A stretch of 64,000 bases of DNA from Clostridiaceae bacterium (GTDB lineage: Bacteria; Bacillota; Clostridia; Oscillospirales; Acutalibacteraceae), in assembly GCA_904501705.1 (NCBI GenBank), contig CAJGCA010000001.1, positions 15,488-79,487 on the forward strand, in the 5' to 3' direction. Under the pieces are notes generated by a model that ran no database searches, was not told the DNA's origin, and saw only the letters and a program-made list of their open reading frames with translations. The position numbers and the translations under genes are program-made. Positions 28,974-38,426 of this stretch are shown piece after piece. Numbering within the stretch: the first letter of the stretch is position 1; every line of letters starts with the position of its first letter.

Positions 28974-29031
28974 AGTACCGTTCTATGTTATGTTTTTAAC
29001 AGACAATCTATTTTTGAAAGGAAGTCATACT

Positions 29032-30243
29032 ATGAGCTATCTGAGCAAGAAGAACGTCGAAGACCTGAAGGTTGCCGGCAAGCGCGTGCTGGTGCGCTGC
29101 GATTTTAACGTGCCGCTGAAGAACGGTGTCATCACCGATGAGAACCGCATCGTGGCCGCTCTGCCCACCATCCAGTACCTCATCAACAACGGAGCGAAGG
29201 TCATCCTCTGCTCTCATCTGGGCAAGCCGAAAGGCGAGCCGAAGCCGGAGCTGTCCCTCGCCCCCGTGGCTGCACGCCTGAGCGAGAAGCTCGGCAAGGA
29301 CGTTGTGTTCGCCGCGGACGATAACGTCGTGGGCGACAACGCCAAGGCAGCTGTTGCGGCGATGAAGGACGGCGATGTCGTGCTGCTGCAGAACACCCGT
29401 TACCGTGCAGAAGAGACCAAGAACGGCGAGGCCTTCTCTCAGGAGCTGGGCTCTCTGTGCGACCTCTTTGTCAACGATGCCTTCGGTGCGGCTCACCGTG
29501 CTCACTGCTCCACCGTGGGCGTGGCTTCCTATGTTGAGGAGTCTGCCAACGGCTATCTAATGGCCAAAGAGGTACAGTACCTCGGCAGCGCCGTCAATAA
29601 TCCTGCCCGTCCCTTTGTCACCATTCTGGGCGGCGCCAAGGTTGCCGACAAGCTGAACGTGATCGAGAACCTGCTGAACAAGGCAGACACCCTCATCATC
29701 GGCGGCGGTATGGCCTACACCTTCCTGGCTGCGAATGGCTACGGCGTGGGTACCTCTCTGCTGGACAGCGAGAAGATCGACTACTGCCGCGAGATGCTCG
29801 CGCGCGCCGAGGAGAAGGGCGTCAAGATCCTCCTCCCTGTCGACTGCACGATCGCGAAGGATTTCCCCACCCCCATCGACGGCGAAATCGCTGTGAACAT
29901 TGTGGCGGCCGATGCTATCCCTGACGATATGATGAGCCTGGATATCGGCCCTGCGACCGCTGAACTGTATGCCGCTGAGGTCAAGAACGCTAAGACGGTC
30001 GTGTGGAATGGCCCGATGGGTGTGTTTGAGAACCCCACGCTGGCGAAGGGCACCATCGCGGTTGCCAAGGCACTGGCTGAGACCGACGCTATCACGATTA
30101 TCGGCGGTGGCGACTCTGCTGCTGCAGTGAACACTCTCGGCTTCGGTGATAAGATGAGCCACATCTCCACCGGCGGCGGCGCTTCTCTCGAATTCCTCGA
30201 GGGCAAGGAGCTGCCAGGCATCGCCGCGATGAGCGATAAATAA
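29032..30243 (+). CDS. pgk: Phosphoglycerate kinase
   Basis: Start moved to ATG 29032 (RBS GAAAGGAAG), giving [30 protein letters not shown]. The upstream part of the track ORF covers the promoter region. Confidence 0.97.
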   Translation: MSYLSKKNVEDLKVAGKRVLVRCDFNVPLKNGVITDENRIVAALPTIQYLINNGAKVILCSHLGKPKGEPKPELSLAPVAARLSEKLGKDVVFAADDNVVGDNAKAAVAAMKDGDVVLLQNTRYRAEETKNGEAFSQELGSLCDLFVNDAFGAAHRAHCSTVGVASYVEESANGYLMAKEVQYLGSAVNNPARPFVTILGGAKVADKLNVIENLLNKADTLIIGGGMAYTFLAANGYGVGTSLLDSEKIDYCREMLARAEEKGVKILLPVDCTIAKDFPTPIDGEIAVNIVAADAIPDDMMSLDIGPATAELYAAEVKNAKTVVWNGPMGVFENPTLAKGTIAVAKALAETDAITIIGGGDSAAAVNTLGFGDKMSHISTGGGASLEFLEGKELPGIAAMSDK

Positions 30244-30267
30244 TCAAAAAGTAAGGAGTATAAAATT

Positions 30268-31020
30268 ATGGGTAAGTATGTTATTGCCGGTAACTGGAAA
30301 ATGAACAAGACTCCGGCGGAAGCTACCGAACTGATCAATGCGATCAAGCCGCTCGTCGCGGAAGCGACCTGCGATGTGGTCGTGGGCGTCCCTTTCGTTG
30401 ACCTACCCGCCGCCCTCGAGGCGACCGCAGGCACCAACATCGGCGTCGCTGCGCAGAACTGCTACTGGGAAAAGAGCGGTGCGTTCACCGGCGAGATCGC
30501 GGCGGACATGCTGCGTGCGATGGGTGTCGGCTACGTCATCCTCGGCCACAGCGAGCGCCGCACCTACTTTGGCGACACTGACGCAACCGTTGCCAAGCGT
30601 GTGCGCGGCGCGCTGGATGCGGGCCTGACCGTTATCCTCTGCGTGGGCGAATACCTCGAGCAGCGTGAGCAGGACATCACCGGTGAGGTCGTTGCGATGC
30701 AGACTAAGATCGCGCTTGATGGCGTCTCTGAGGAGGAGCTGAGCCGCATAATCATTGCCTACGAGCCTGTGTGGGCTATCGGCACCGGCAAGACCGCAAC
30801 CGCCGAGCAGGCCAACGAAGTCTGTGCCCTCATCCGTAAGGTTATCGCGGATCTCTACAACGAGACTGCGGCAAAGGCTGTTACCATCCAGTACGGCGGC
30901 TCGATGAACGCGGCGAACGCGGCGGAGCTGCTCGCGATGTCCGACGTTGACGGCGGTCTGATCGGCGGCGCTTCTTTGAAGTCCAACGATTTTGCCACCA
31001 TCGTCGCGGCAGCGAAATAA
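30268..31020 (+). CDS. tpiA: Triosephosphate isomerase
   Basis: Motifs IAGNWKMNKT, ILGHSERR and YEPVWAIGTGKTAT. Confidence 0.97.
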   Translation: MGKYVIAGNWKMNKTPAEATELINAIKPLVAEATCDVVVGVPFVDLPAALEATAGTNIGVAAQNCYWEKSGAFTGEIAADMLRAMGVGYVILGHSERRTYFGDTDATVAKRVRGALDAGLTVILCVGEYLEQREQDITGEVVAMQTKIALDGVSEEELSRIIIAYEPVWAIGTGKTATAEQANEVCALIRKVIADLYNETAAKAVTIQYGGSMNAANAAELLAMSDVDGGLIGGASLKSNDFATIVAAAK

Positions 31021-31086
31021 GTAAATAGACTTTAAGAGGGCGCGGCGTTATGCCCCGCCCTCTTTTCACGAAAGGTGGATCCTACA

Positions 31087-32604
31087 ATGAAAAAACCTTT
31101 GACCCTCATTATCATGGACGGTTTCGGCTTTAACCCCGACACCTACGGCAACGCCATCGAGGCGGCGGCTACCCCGAACCTCTCCAAGCTGTTTACCGGA
31201 AACCCCACCACGCAGATTGGCGCGTCGGGTCTTGACGTTGGTCTTCCCGACGGGCAGATGGGCAACAGCGAGGTCGGTCACACCAACATTGGCGCGGGAC
31301 GCGTCGTGTATCAGATGCTCGTCAAGATCTCCAAGTCCATCACTGACGGCGATTTCTTTGACAACAAAGCGCTGCTCGGTGCGATGGGTAACTGCAAGGC
31401 GAACGATTCTGCCCTGCACCTCATCGGTCTGCTGTCCGACGGTGGCGTGCACAGCCACATAGAACACTTGTACGGTCTGCTCGAGATGGCGAAACGCCAT
31501 GGCCTCGATAAGGTCTATGTCCACGCGCTGATGGACGGTCGCGATGTGCCTCCCTCCTCTGGTGTTGACTTTATGGCGCAGCTGTGCGATAAGATGAACG
31601 AGATCGGTGTCGGCAAGGTCGCGACTGTAATGGGTCGCTACTATGCGATGGACCGCGACTTTGCTTGGGATCGCGTGGAGAAGGCGTATGCTGCGATGGT
31701 GTACGGCGAGGGCAACACCGCCGACAACGCCGTTGAGGCGATGAAGGCGTCCTACGCCGCCAACATTACCGACGAGTTCGTGCTCCCCACCGTGCTGGAG
31801 AAGGACGGTAACATCAAAGCGAACGACAGCGTCGTGTTCTTCAACTTCCGTCCTGATCGTGCTCGTCAGATCACCCGCACCTTCGTCGATCCCGCATTCG
31901 ACGGCTTCGAGCGTAAGAACGGCTTCTTCCCGCTCGAATACGTCTGCATGACCAGCTACGACGCGACAATGCCGAACGTCAAGGTCGCGTTCGAGCCGCA
32001 GGAGTTGACGATGACGATGGGCGAATATATCAGTGCGCAGGGCATGACCCAGCTGCGCATCGCCGAGACACAGAAATACGCTCACGTTACCTTCTTCTTT
32101 AACGGTGGCGAGGAGCGCACCTTCCCCGGCGAGGATCGCATTCTCATCCAGTCGCCTGACGTACCCACCTTCGACCTCAAGCCCGAAATGAGCGCTTATG
32201 AGGTGTGTGATGCGGTCGTGGAGCAGATCAACAGCGGCAAGTACGATGTCATCATCCTCAACTATGCCAACTGCGATATGGTTGGACACACCGGCATCTT
32301 CGACGCTGCTAAAGCGGCGGTCGAGGCGGTCGACACCTGCGTCGGTCGCACAGTCGAGGCGACGCTCGCGATGGGCGGCAAGGCGATCATCACCGCCGAC
32401 CACGGCAACGCAGACAAGATGTACGAGCCCGACGGCTCACCCTTCACGGCGCACACCACCTTCCCCGTCCCATTCTGCGTGGTCGGTCAGGAGTGTGAAC
32501 TGCGTGACGGCGGTCGTCTTGCGGACATCGTCCCGACGATGCTCACCCTGCTCGACCTGCCTAAGCCTCCCGAAATGACCGGCGAATCCCTCATCGTAAA
32601 TTAA
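31087..32604 (+). CDS. gpmI: 2,3-bisphosphoglycerate-independent phosphoglycerate mutase
   Basis: MKKPLTLIIMDGFG... with ATG 31087 (RBS AAAGGTGG 8 nt upstream) preferred over GTG 31075. Motifs NSEVGHTNIGAGR and ITADHGNAD. Confidence 0.95.
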   Translation: MKKPLTLIIMDGFGFNPDTYGNAIEAAATPNLSKLFTGNPTTQIGASGLDVGLPDGQMGNSEVGHTNIGAGRVVYQMLVKISKSITDGDFFDNKALLGAMGNCKANDSALHLIGLLSDGGVHSHIEHLYGLLEMAKRHGLDKVYVHALMDGRDVPPSSGVDFMAQLCDKMNEIGVGKVATVMGRYYAMDRDFAWDRVEKAYAAMVYGEGNTADNAVEAMKASYAANITDEFVLPTVLEKDGNIKANDSVVFFNFRPDRARQITRTFVDPAFDGFERKNGFFPLEYVCMTSYDATMPNVKVAFEPQELTMTMGEYISAQGMTQLRIAETQKYAHVTFFFNGGEERTFPGEDRILIQSPDVPTFDLKPEMSAYEVCDAVVEQINSGKYDVIILNYANCDMVGHTGIFDAAKAAVEAVDTCVGRTVEATLAMGGKAIITADHGNADKMYEPDGSPFTAHTTFPVPFCVVGQECELRDGGRLADIVPTMLTLLDLPKPPEMTGESLIVN

Positions 32605-32614
32605 ACAAAACGAC

Positions 32615-32650
32615 AAGACGGCATAGCCTGATGGCTACGCCGTCTTTTTA
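32615..32650. terminator. Bidirectional intrinsic terminator between gpmI and spoVM
   Basis: AAGACGGCATAGCC-TGA-TGGCTACGCCGTCTTTTT. Confidence 0.8.
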
Positions 32651-32653
32651 ATT

Positions 32654-32746
32654 TTATTGCAGATCGTTCGGCACCTTCTCGATACCGAACAATTTTCTTA
32701 ACAGACCGCCGAGCAGTTTCGGGCTCTTGATGACCACCACACGCAT
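32654..32746 (-). CDS. spoVM: Stage V sporulation protein M (SpoVM), 30 aa
   Basis: MRVVVIKSPKLLGGLLRKLFGIEKVPNDLQ compares well with B. subtilis SpoVM MKFYTIKLPKFLGGIVRAMLGSFRKD (recalled from memory). RBS GGAGGCGG lies 5 nt upstream of ATG 32746. Same position as in Bacillus, downstream of thiN in the priA..prkC..rsgA block. The 63-aa track ORF is an upstream extension of the same reading frame (in-frame ATG at 32845), which I consider non-coding. Confidence 0.72.
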   Translation of the reverse strand: MRVVVIKSPKLLGGLLRKLFGIEKVPNDLQ

Positions 32747-32760
32747 ATGTACCGCCTCCA

Positions 32761-32925
32761 TCAACGTTTTCCACAGGAGACCCCGCAGAGGATCAATGCT
32801 GCCGCAAGCAGCACGACCATCAGCTTTGACGGGAGGATAGTACAAGACAACAGACCGACACCGAACGCCGCGAACAACCAGCCGTTCGAATCGTTATGCC
32901 GTTTCCCGCGGCTTCTGCATCGCAT
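32761..32925 (-). CDS. Candidate small membrane protein, 54 aa (below the ORF-track cut-off)
   Basis: MRCRSRGKRHNDSNGWLFAAFGVGLLSCTILPSKLMVVLLAAALILCGVSCGKR has a basic N-terminus and two hydrophobic segments. RBS GGGAGG lies 8 nt upstream of ATG 32925. Its stop abuts the spoVM RBS. No family recognised. Confidence 0.35.
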   Translation of the reverse strand: MRCRSRGKRHNDSNGWLFAAFGVGLLSCTILPSKLMVVLLAAALILCGVSCGKR

Positions 32926-32995
32926 ACCTAAGACCTCCCGTCAATGTGAATATCCTGTGTCTATTACAGACTATGCACATCACGTGAATAGGGTG

Positions 32996-33625
32996 TCAAT
33001 CTTTTGAACGAAACACGAGTAGCGTGCCATCGGTAAAGGTAATCTCGCAAGGAGCGCCTTGCGCTGCGTTGCTTACACACAGAGGGTCGGATGGTTGCAG
33101 GTCATAGTCGAATAATTCATACGCCGCGTGTCGGATAGATAGCCTATGCACCGTACCGCCAAACGCAAACAGTGATAACGACCAGCCCACCATCGGGTCA
33201 GCAACGTAAGGTGAGGTCGTGACCGCACAAATGCGGTTCTCACCATCCGCCATCACCGCGTGACAACCCGCCTCGGCAAGCTGTACGAGTAGTTGCGTGG
33301 CGGCATACTGGTGATCCAGCCGCCCACCGACACAGCCTAAAAGCAGGAAATCGGTTAATCCTTTTTGTCTTGCATAATCCACTGCTGCGGCCGTGTCCGT
33401 GCAGTCCTTACGCACGGGCAAGCGAACGACCTCAACCGCAGAGGGCAGACACGACATTGTGGAGGAATCAAAATCCGCCACAACAGCCGCCAGAGACACG
33501 CAGAGTTGCTCCGCGAGCCTCCATCCTCCGTCCGCAGCAATAAAGACGTCATCAGGACGCAACAGCTCCCGCAAGGAGGACGCGTCGGACACCGGACCGG
33601 CAGACAAGATCACACAACGGCTCAT
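32996..33625 (-). CDS. thiN: Thiamine diphosphokinase
   Basis: Motifs FIAADGG and LLLGCVGGRLDHQYA. ATG 33625 forms an ATGA overlap with the rsgA stop. Confidence 0.8.
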   Translation of the reverse strand: MSRCVILSAGPVSDASSLRELLRPDDVFIAADGGWRLAEQLCVSLAAVVADFDSSTMSCLPSAVEVVRLPVRKDCTDTAAAVDYARQKGLTDFLLLGCVGGRLDHQYAATQLLVQLAEAGCHAVMADGENRICAVTTSPYVADPMVGWSLSLFAFGGTVHRLSIRHAAYELFDYDLQPSDPLCVSNAAQGAPCEITFTDGTLLVFRSKD

Positions 33626-34509
33626 CCCTTCACCCACTCCTTTTTATCCTTTACTGCCTCATACATCGTCACATAACTCTCATAGCGAGAGCGAGCAATT
33701 AGCCCTTCCTCCACCGCCTGCCGCACGCCGCAGTTCGGCTCTTTATAATGGGCGCAACCGATAAATCGGCAATCATTCACAAAAGGAGCAAACTCACGGA
33801 AGCAATCGGCCAGTTCGTCCTTATTGATCGGCTCGACCTGCTCAAGATCGAGCGAGGAAAAGCCAGGCGTGTCCACAATATAACCATCCGCCAAATGATA
33901 CAGTGTTGCTGTGCGGGTGGTGTGGCGGCCGCGGCCGAGTTTTTGGCTGATCTCCCCTGTCTCCAACACGAGCGACGGGTCAATCGCGTTAAGAATACTG
34001 CTCTTTCCTACACCCGAATTGCCTGAAAACACACTGATATGTCCTGCCAAACGCTTGCGCAATGGTTCAAGGGAGTCAGGCTGCATAGCCGACACGACAA
34101 AGCATTCCAGCCCCGCCTTACGGTAGGTCTCCTCCAATTCCGACGGATCGGCAAGATCAGCCTTATTGATGACGACGATCGGGGTGATCTCCTTCTTTTC
34201 CGCGATGGCAATCATCTTGTCCAGCACCAACGTATTTGTTGTCGGCTGACAGACGGAGGCCACCAGCACCAGCAGATCCAGGTTCGCCACGGGCGGACGC
34301 AAAAGGTTGTTTCGTCGTTCAAGCACCTGCGTGAGGAAGCCCTCCCCCGACGGCTGCACCTCGATCTCGACGCGATCACCCGCGACGGGCGTGATGCCCT
34401 GCCGCCGTAAATTGCCGCGTGCGCGGCAGGTATATACCGCATCGGCGGTCTCTACATAGTAGAAACCGCCGATGCCGCGCAATATAATTCCTTGCTTATT
34501 ATTCGTCAT
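33622..34509 (-). CDS. rsgA: Ribosome small-subunit-dependent GTPase A
   Basis: Motifs FSGNSGVGKSSILN and LGRGRHTTR, plus the C-terminal zinc motif CRFIGCAHYKEPNC. Confidence 0.92.
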   Translation of the reverse strand: MTNNKQGIILRGIGGFYYVETADAVYTCRARGNLRRQGITPVAGDRVEIEVQPSGEGFLTQVLERRNNLLRPPVANLDLLVLVASVCQPTTNTLVLDKMIAIAEKKEITPIVVINKADLADPSELEETYRKAGLECFVVSAMQPDSLEPLRKRLAGHISVFSGNSGVGKSSILNAIDPSLVLETGEISQKLGRGRHTTRTATLYHLADGYIVDTPGFSSLDLEQVEPINKDELADCFREFAPFVNDCRFIGCAHYKEPNCGVRQAVEEGLIARSRYESYVTMYEAVKDKKEWVKG

Positions 34510-34518
34510 ATTCTTGCC

Positions 34519-36612
34519 TCAACCCACAGGTTCAGCATTTGGCGCAGAAGAGGTGGGCTCGTCATCCGGCGTAGAAACGGATGGATCCTGCTCGGGTGTG
34601 GAGGGTGTATCGGACGGCTCAACAAAATCCTGAATACTGAGCAGCGAAAAATTACCGCTGACGCCATCGACCTGGAACTCCGCATAGGTAGCAAAGCTAT
34701 TCTTGCCGGCCACGCTGATCTTAACCGTAACCTTGTAGGAGTCCTTCGCCAGCGTTGTCTTAAATTTCAGCGTGCCGATATCCTTCGGCATAATGCTCGA
34801 GTTACTCGAGGTCAATGCAGAATCCAGCTTGCCGTCCACGTAGAACTGCAGATCCACCGTCGTATCGGTATTCGGCAGGTATAGCTTGATCTCCACATCG
34901 CGATAGCCCGTGCTGACCATCAGCTTAATGTTGACATCAGGATACTGATCGATGGTATGATCCGGCGTCACCGATACGACCGCGCCCTTAGGAGCGATGC
35001 TATTGACCTCTTCTACGGTGATCTTTGTCTGATCAAAGCCCGCGGTCACCAGCTTCTGAATCGCCGCATCCTTGGAAAGACTCTCAACATTCGGCATATC
35101 GATTGGCTCAGCCTGCGGCTTACCACTGCTAATGTAAATCGTGACGGTCGAGCCGTGTTCCACCTCGGCTCCCGCCTCGGGATCAAGGCGAATTGCCATG
35201 CCCTCTTTAACATCGGCGCTGCTCTCCATCGACTCTTCCACTTTAAACTCCGCCTGTTCAAGACGACGGCGAACATCGCTCGGTTTTTCGCCGGGGGTCA
35301 TCGTGGGAACCTTTTCCTTTTTGGATCCCTTGCTGATATACAGCGTTATCGTGCCACGCATCTTGATGGTCTTACCCGCGGCAGGCTCCTGCTTATAAAC
35401 ATAGCCCTCTGGCTGCTCGCTGTTATACGCCTCTTCGATCTTAATGGTATAATTGCCGATCTTTTCGTAGGTCTGTACCTCGTCGTTATAATGCTTACCC
35501 ACAAAGTTGTATACCGTAATATCGTCTTTGGCGCCCTGATTAAAGAGCTTCGGCAAAAAGAACGCCAGCACGATGCCCACTACCAGCACGATCGCCGCCG
35601 CTACGGCGATGAGAATCGCCACGGTCGAGGTCTTCTTCTTATCCTCCTCGCCGTTCTTATCTCCGCGGGATTTGGTACTTAACTCATCCTCGCCGCGCAC
35701 ACGAGTAATTGCATCCACGTAACGGGTCGGTGTCTCATCCACAAAATAGGTGTAAGCAAACTTGATCGACGGATTACGCTTAAACTCGTCAATGTCGCTA
35801 AGCATCTCAGCGGCAGACTGATAGCGCTTGTCAGCGTCCTTCTGCATCGCCTTGATGGTAATCTGCTCGAGGCCCTCGGGAACATCCTCATTGATGAGGC
35901 ACGGCATCGTCGGTTCGGACTGCATCTGCATGATCGCGACCGACACCGCGTTATCCGCCTCGAACGGCAGGCGACCCGTCAGCATCTCATACAGCACCAC
36001 GCCGACAGAATACAGATCCGCCTTCTCGTCGGTGATCTCGCCGCGAGCCTGCTCGGGGCTGATATAATGCACCGAACCGATCGCCTTCTCGCCATCCATC
36101 GTCGCGCGCATCTCACTGCGGGACAGACGTGCGATGCCGAAGTCGGTCACCTTGATGGTGCCATCGGACAGCAGCATAATGTTCTGCGGCTTTATGTCGC
36201 GGTGAACAATGCCCTTATCGTGCGCGTGCTGCAGGGCGCGCAGGATCTGCACGGTGAAATGCACCGCTTCTTTCCAGCGGATATCCTTGCGCTGATCGAG
36301 ATATTCCTTGAGAGTGATACCGTCGATGTACTCCATCACAATGTACTGCAGATGCTGACCAAAGCCCACGTCCAGCACCTTCACGATGTTCGGGTGGTTC
36401 AATATAGCGATCGCCTTTGACTCGTTACGGAATCGGCGAGTAAACTCCTCATTGGTCAGAAATTCGTCGCGCAGGATCTTCACCGCTACCGTGCGATCAT
36501 CCACACTGTCGTAAGCCTTATACACATACGCCATACCGCCAACACCAATCAGCTCACGCATCTCATAGCGGCCATCCAGCCGTTTACCTAAATACTTATC
36601 CATATTGATCAT
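34519..36612 (-). CDS. prkC: Ser/Thr protein kinase with PASTA repeats (PrkC)
   Basis: Hanks motifs GVGGMAYVYKA, HRDIKPQN, DFG and SPEQ. One TM helix (VAILIAVAAAIVLVVGIVLAFFL), about three PASTA-like repeats and a beta-rich C-terminal domain. The start could be ATG 36603. Confidence 0.92.
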   Translation of the reverse strand: MINMDKYLGKRLDGRYEMRELIGVGGMAYVYKAYDSVDDRTVAVKILRDEFLTNEEFTRRFRNESKAIAILNHPNIVKVLDVGFGQHLQYIVMEYIDGITLKEYLDQRKDIRWKEAVHFTVQILRALQHAHDKGIVHRDIKPQNIMLLSDGTIKVTDFGIARLSRSEMRATMDGEKAIGSVHYISPEQARGEITDEKADLYSVGVVLYEMLTGRLPFEADNAVSVAIMQMQSEPTMPCLINEDVPEGLEQITIKAMQKDADKRYQSAAEMLSDIDEFKRNPSIKFAYTYFVDETPTRYVDAITRVRGEDELSTKSRGDKNGEEDKKKTSTVAILIAVAAAIVLVVGIVLAFFLPKLFNQGAKDDITVYNFVGKHYNDEVQTYEKIGNYTIKIEEAYNSEQPEGYVYKQEPAAGKTIKMRGTITLYISKGSKKEKVPTMTPGEKPSDVRRRLEQAEFKVEESMESSADVKEGMAIRLDPEAGAEVEHGSTVTIYISSGKPQAEPIDMPNVESLSKDAAIQKLVTAGFDQTKITVEEVNSIAPKGAVVSVTPDHTIDQYPDVNIKLMVSTGYRDVEIKLYLPNTDTTVDLQFYVDGKLDSALTSSNSSIMPKDIGTLKFKTTLAKDSYKVTVKISVAGKNSFATYAEFQVDGVSGNFSLLSIQDFVEPSDTPSTPEQDPSVSTPDDEPTSSAPNAEPVG

Positions 36613-36639
36613 TCCTCATCTTTCTGAATAGTCGTTCGG

Positions 36640-37362
36640 TCATTCACTCTGTTCCATCAGAACAGCCGTTATGTTATCTGTGCCCCCGCCATCCAAAGCG
36701 GATTGAATCAGTATATCTATGCCGGCATCGTTGCCAAGCAGCTCAGAAAGCACGGTGTCGTCAACCATATTCGTCAGGCCGTCGGTGCACAGCAGCAGCT
36801 TATCGTTCGGCTCGAGCTCAAGCTCATCAAATTCGCCCTCCTCCATCGCCGACACACCAAGCGCACGGGTGATAAAGTGCTTGCGCGGATGAGAGCGTGC
36901 TTGCTCCTCCGTAAGCTGACCGCTCTCGATCATCTCCTGCACGACCGAATGATCGCGGGTGATTTGCTGTAAAGTATTTCCTCTATACAGATATACCCGA
37001 CTGTCTCCTACGTGGGAGATGTAGGCATTCTTTCCAAATACGACGACGGCGACCACTGTGGTCCCCATGCCCTCGCATTGCGGATTGGATATCGCTTGAT
37101 CAAAGATCTCAATGTTGGCTGCTGCCATGGCGCTGGCCAATAGATGATCCGGGCGCAGTGCAGCTCCATTCGCGTATCCGTCAACAATTCGCCCCGAAAT
37201 AATATCCACAGCGATATCGCTGGCAACATTGCCGCCATTTGCGCCGCCCATACCGTCGCACACCACGGCGTAATAGCCGTCGTTGTCCAACGTGCCGTAG
37301 CGCAACGCGTCTTGATTGCTGCTGCGCACAAGACCGATATGCGTATCACCGGTCAATTTCAT
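36640..37362 (-). CDS. prpC: PP2C-family Ser/Thr phosphatase (PrpC/Stp)
   Basis: Motifs VVCDGMGGANGG, LLLCTDGLTNMV and GGGTDNITAV. ATGA overlap with the rlmN stop. Confidence 0.9.
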   Translation of the reverse strand: MKLTGDTHIGLVRSSNQDALRYGTLDNDGYYAVVCDGMGGANGGNVASDIAVDIISGRIVDGYANGAALRPDHLLASAMAAANIEIFDQAISNPQCEGMGTTVVAVVVFGKNAYISHVGDSRVYLYRGNTLQQITRDHSVVQEMIESGQLTEEQARSHPRKHFITRALGVSAMEEGEFDELELEPNDKLLLCTDGLTNMVDDTVLSELLGNDAGIDILIQSALDGGGTDNITAVLMEQSE

Positions 37363-38414
37363 GGTAACGCCTCCTTTCCTTCATCCTGTTGGTCAGCCTG
37401 TCTTCGCAACTGACCGCAGGATGCATTGATGTCTGCTCCCAATGTGCGGCGCACCGTCACATTGATCCCCCGTTTCTCCAGCACCTTCATAAAGTTCTGG
37501 ATGCGCAGTCGGGAACTGCGCTGTTGGGCTTTGCCTGCCACGGCGTTCACGGGAATGAGATTGACGTGGCAGAGCACCCCCTGCAATCGGTCGGCTAACT
37601 CCTCGGCGTGTGCGTCGGAGTCGTTGAAGCCGTTAATCATCGCATATTCAAAAGAGATGCGCCGTCCGGTCGCTTCTATATACTCGCGACACGCGGTGAG
37701 CAACTCGTCGATCGGCCAGCGTCGGTTGACCGGCATCGTGCGCGATCGGATCTCGTCGTTCGGTGCGTGGAGCGAAATAGACAAGGTTAGCGGAATCTGC
37801 TCTTTCATCAGGCGGTATATCCCCGGCACAACCCCGCAGGTCGACAGGGATATGTGGCGCATCCCGATATGGACGCCACCCTCCTGACCTAACATACGAA
37901 GGAATTGCACCACATTATCGTAGTTATCCAGCGGCTCACCCATCCCCATTAGCACAACGGAGGACACGCGCACGCCAGCATCTTTCTGAGCGGTCTCGAT
38001 CTGCGCCATCATCTCGGCGGCAGACAGATTTCGGATAAAGCCGCCAATGCCCGTCGCGCAGAAGGTGCACCCCATTTTACACCCCACTTGGGTGGATAAG
38101 CACTGACTCCAGCCGTGTTTATACTGCATCAGCACCGATTCGACGGTCTCGCCGTCGTCCAGACGAAAGAGATACTTCACCGTACCGTCGATCGCCGATG
38201 TCAGCTTACGCAGGATGGTGACACCAGGGATGGTGAACTCAGCCGCGAGTGTTGCGCGTAGATCCTTCGGCAGATTGGTCATCTGCAAAAAATCCGTCAC
38301 ACCCGCATCCAGCCATTCGCGGATCTGCTTAGCGCGGAAGGCGGGCTGACCGTTTTCTTTCAGCCATTCGCCCAGCGTCTCCTGCGTCATAGAGCGAATA
38401 TCTAAGGAACTCAC
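37359..38414 (-). CDS. rlmN: 23S rRNA/tRNA (adenine2503-C2) methyltransferase RlmN (radical SAM)
   Basis: Radical-SAM cluster motif GCKMGCTFCATG, plus GMGEPLDN. Confidence 0.95.
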   Translation of the reverse strand: MSSLDIRSMTQETLGEWLKENGQPAFRAKQIREWLDAGVTDFLQMTNLPKDLRATLAAEFTIPGVTILRKLTSAIDGTVKYLFRLDDGETVESVLMQYKHGWSQCLSTQVGCKMGCTFCATGIGGFIRNLSAAEMMAQIETAQKDAGVRVSSVVLMGMGEPLDNYDNVVQFLRMLGQEGGVHIGMRHISLSTCGVVPGIYRLMKEQIPLTLSISLHAPNDEIRSRTMPVNRRWPIDELLTACREYIEATGRRISFEYAMINGFNDSDAHAEELADRLQGVLCHVNLIPVNAVAGKAQQRSSRLRIQNFMKVLEKRGINVTVRRTLGADINASCGQLRRQADQQDEGKEALP

Positions 38415-38426
38415 GCCGTCACCTAC

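Noticed and set aside
28720-29031. N-terminal extensions in the ORF track. Examples: pgk from 28720, metK from 57091, pepD to 17171, the CobW gene to 26135, hup to 23806, def to 41292, rlmH to 62114, the THUMP gene to 21500.
   Set aside because: The extensions run through promoters, riboswitch terminators or upstream genes. Internal ATGs give canonical family N-termini preceded by Shine-Dalgarno sequences.
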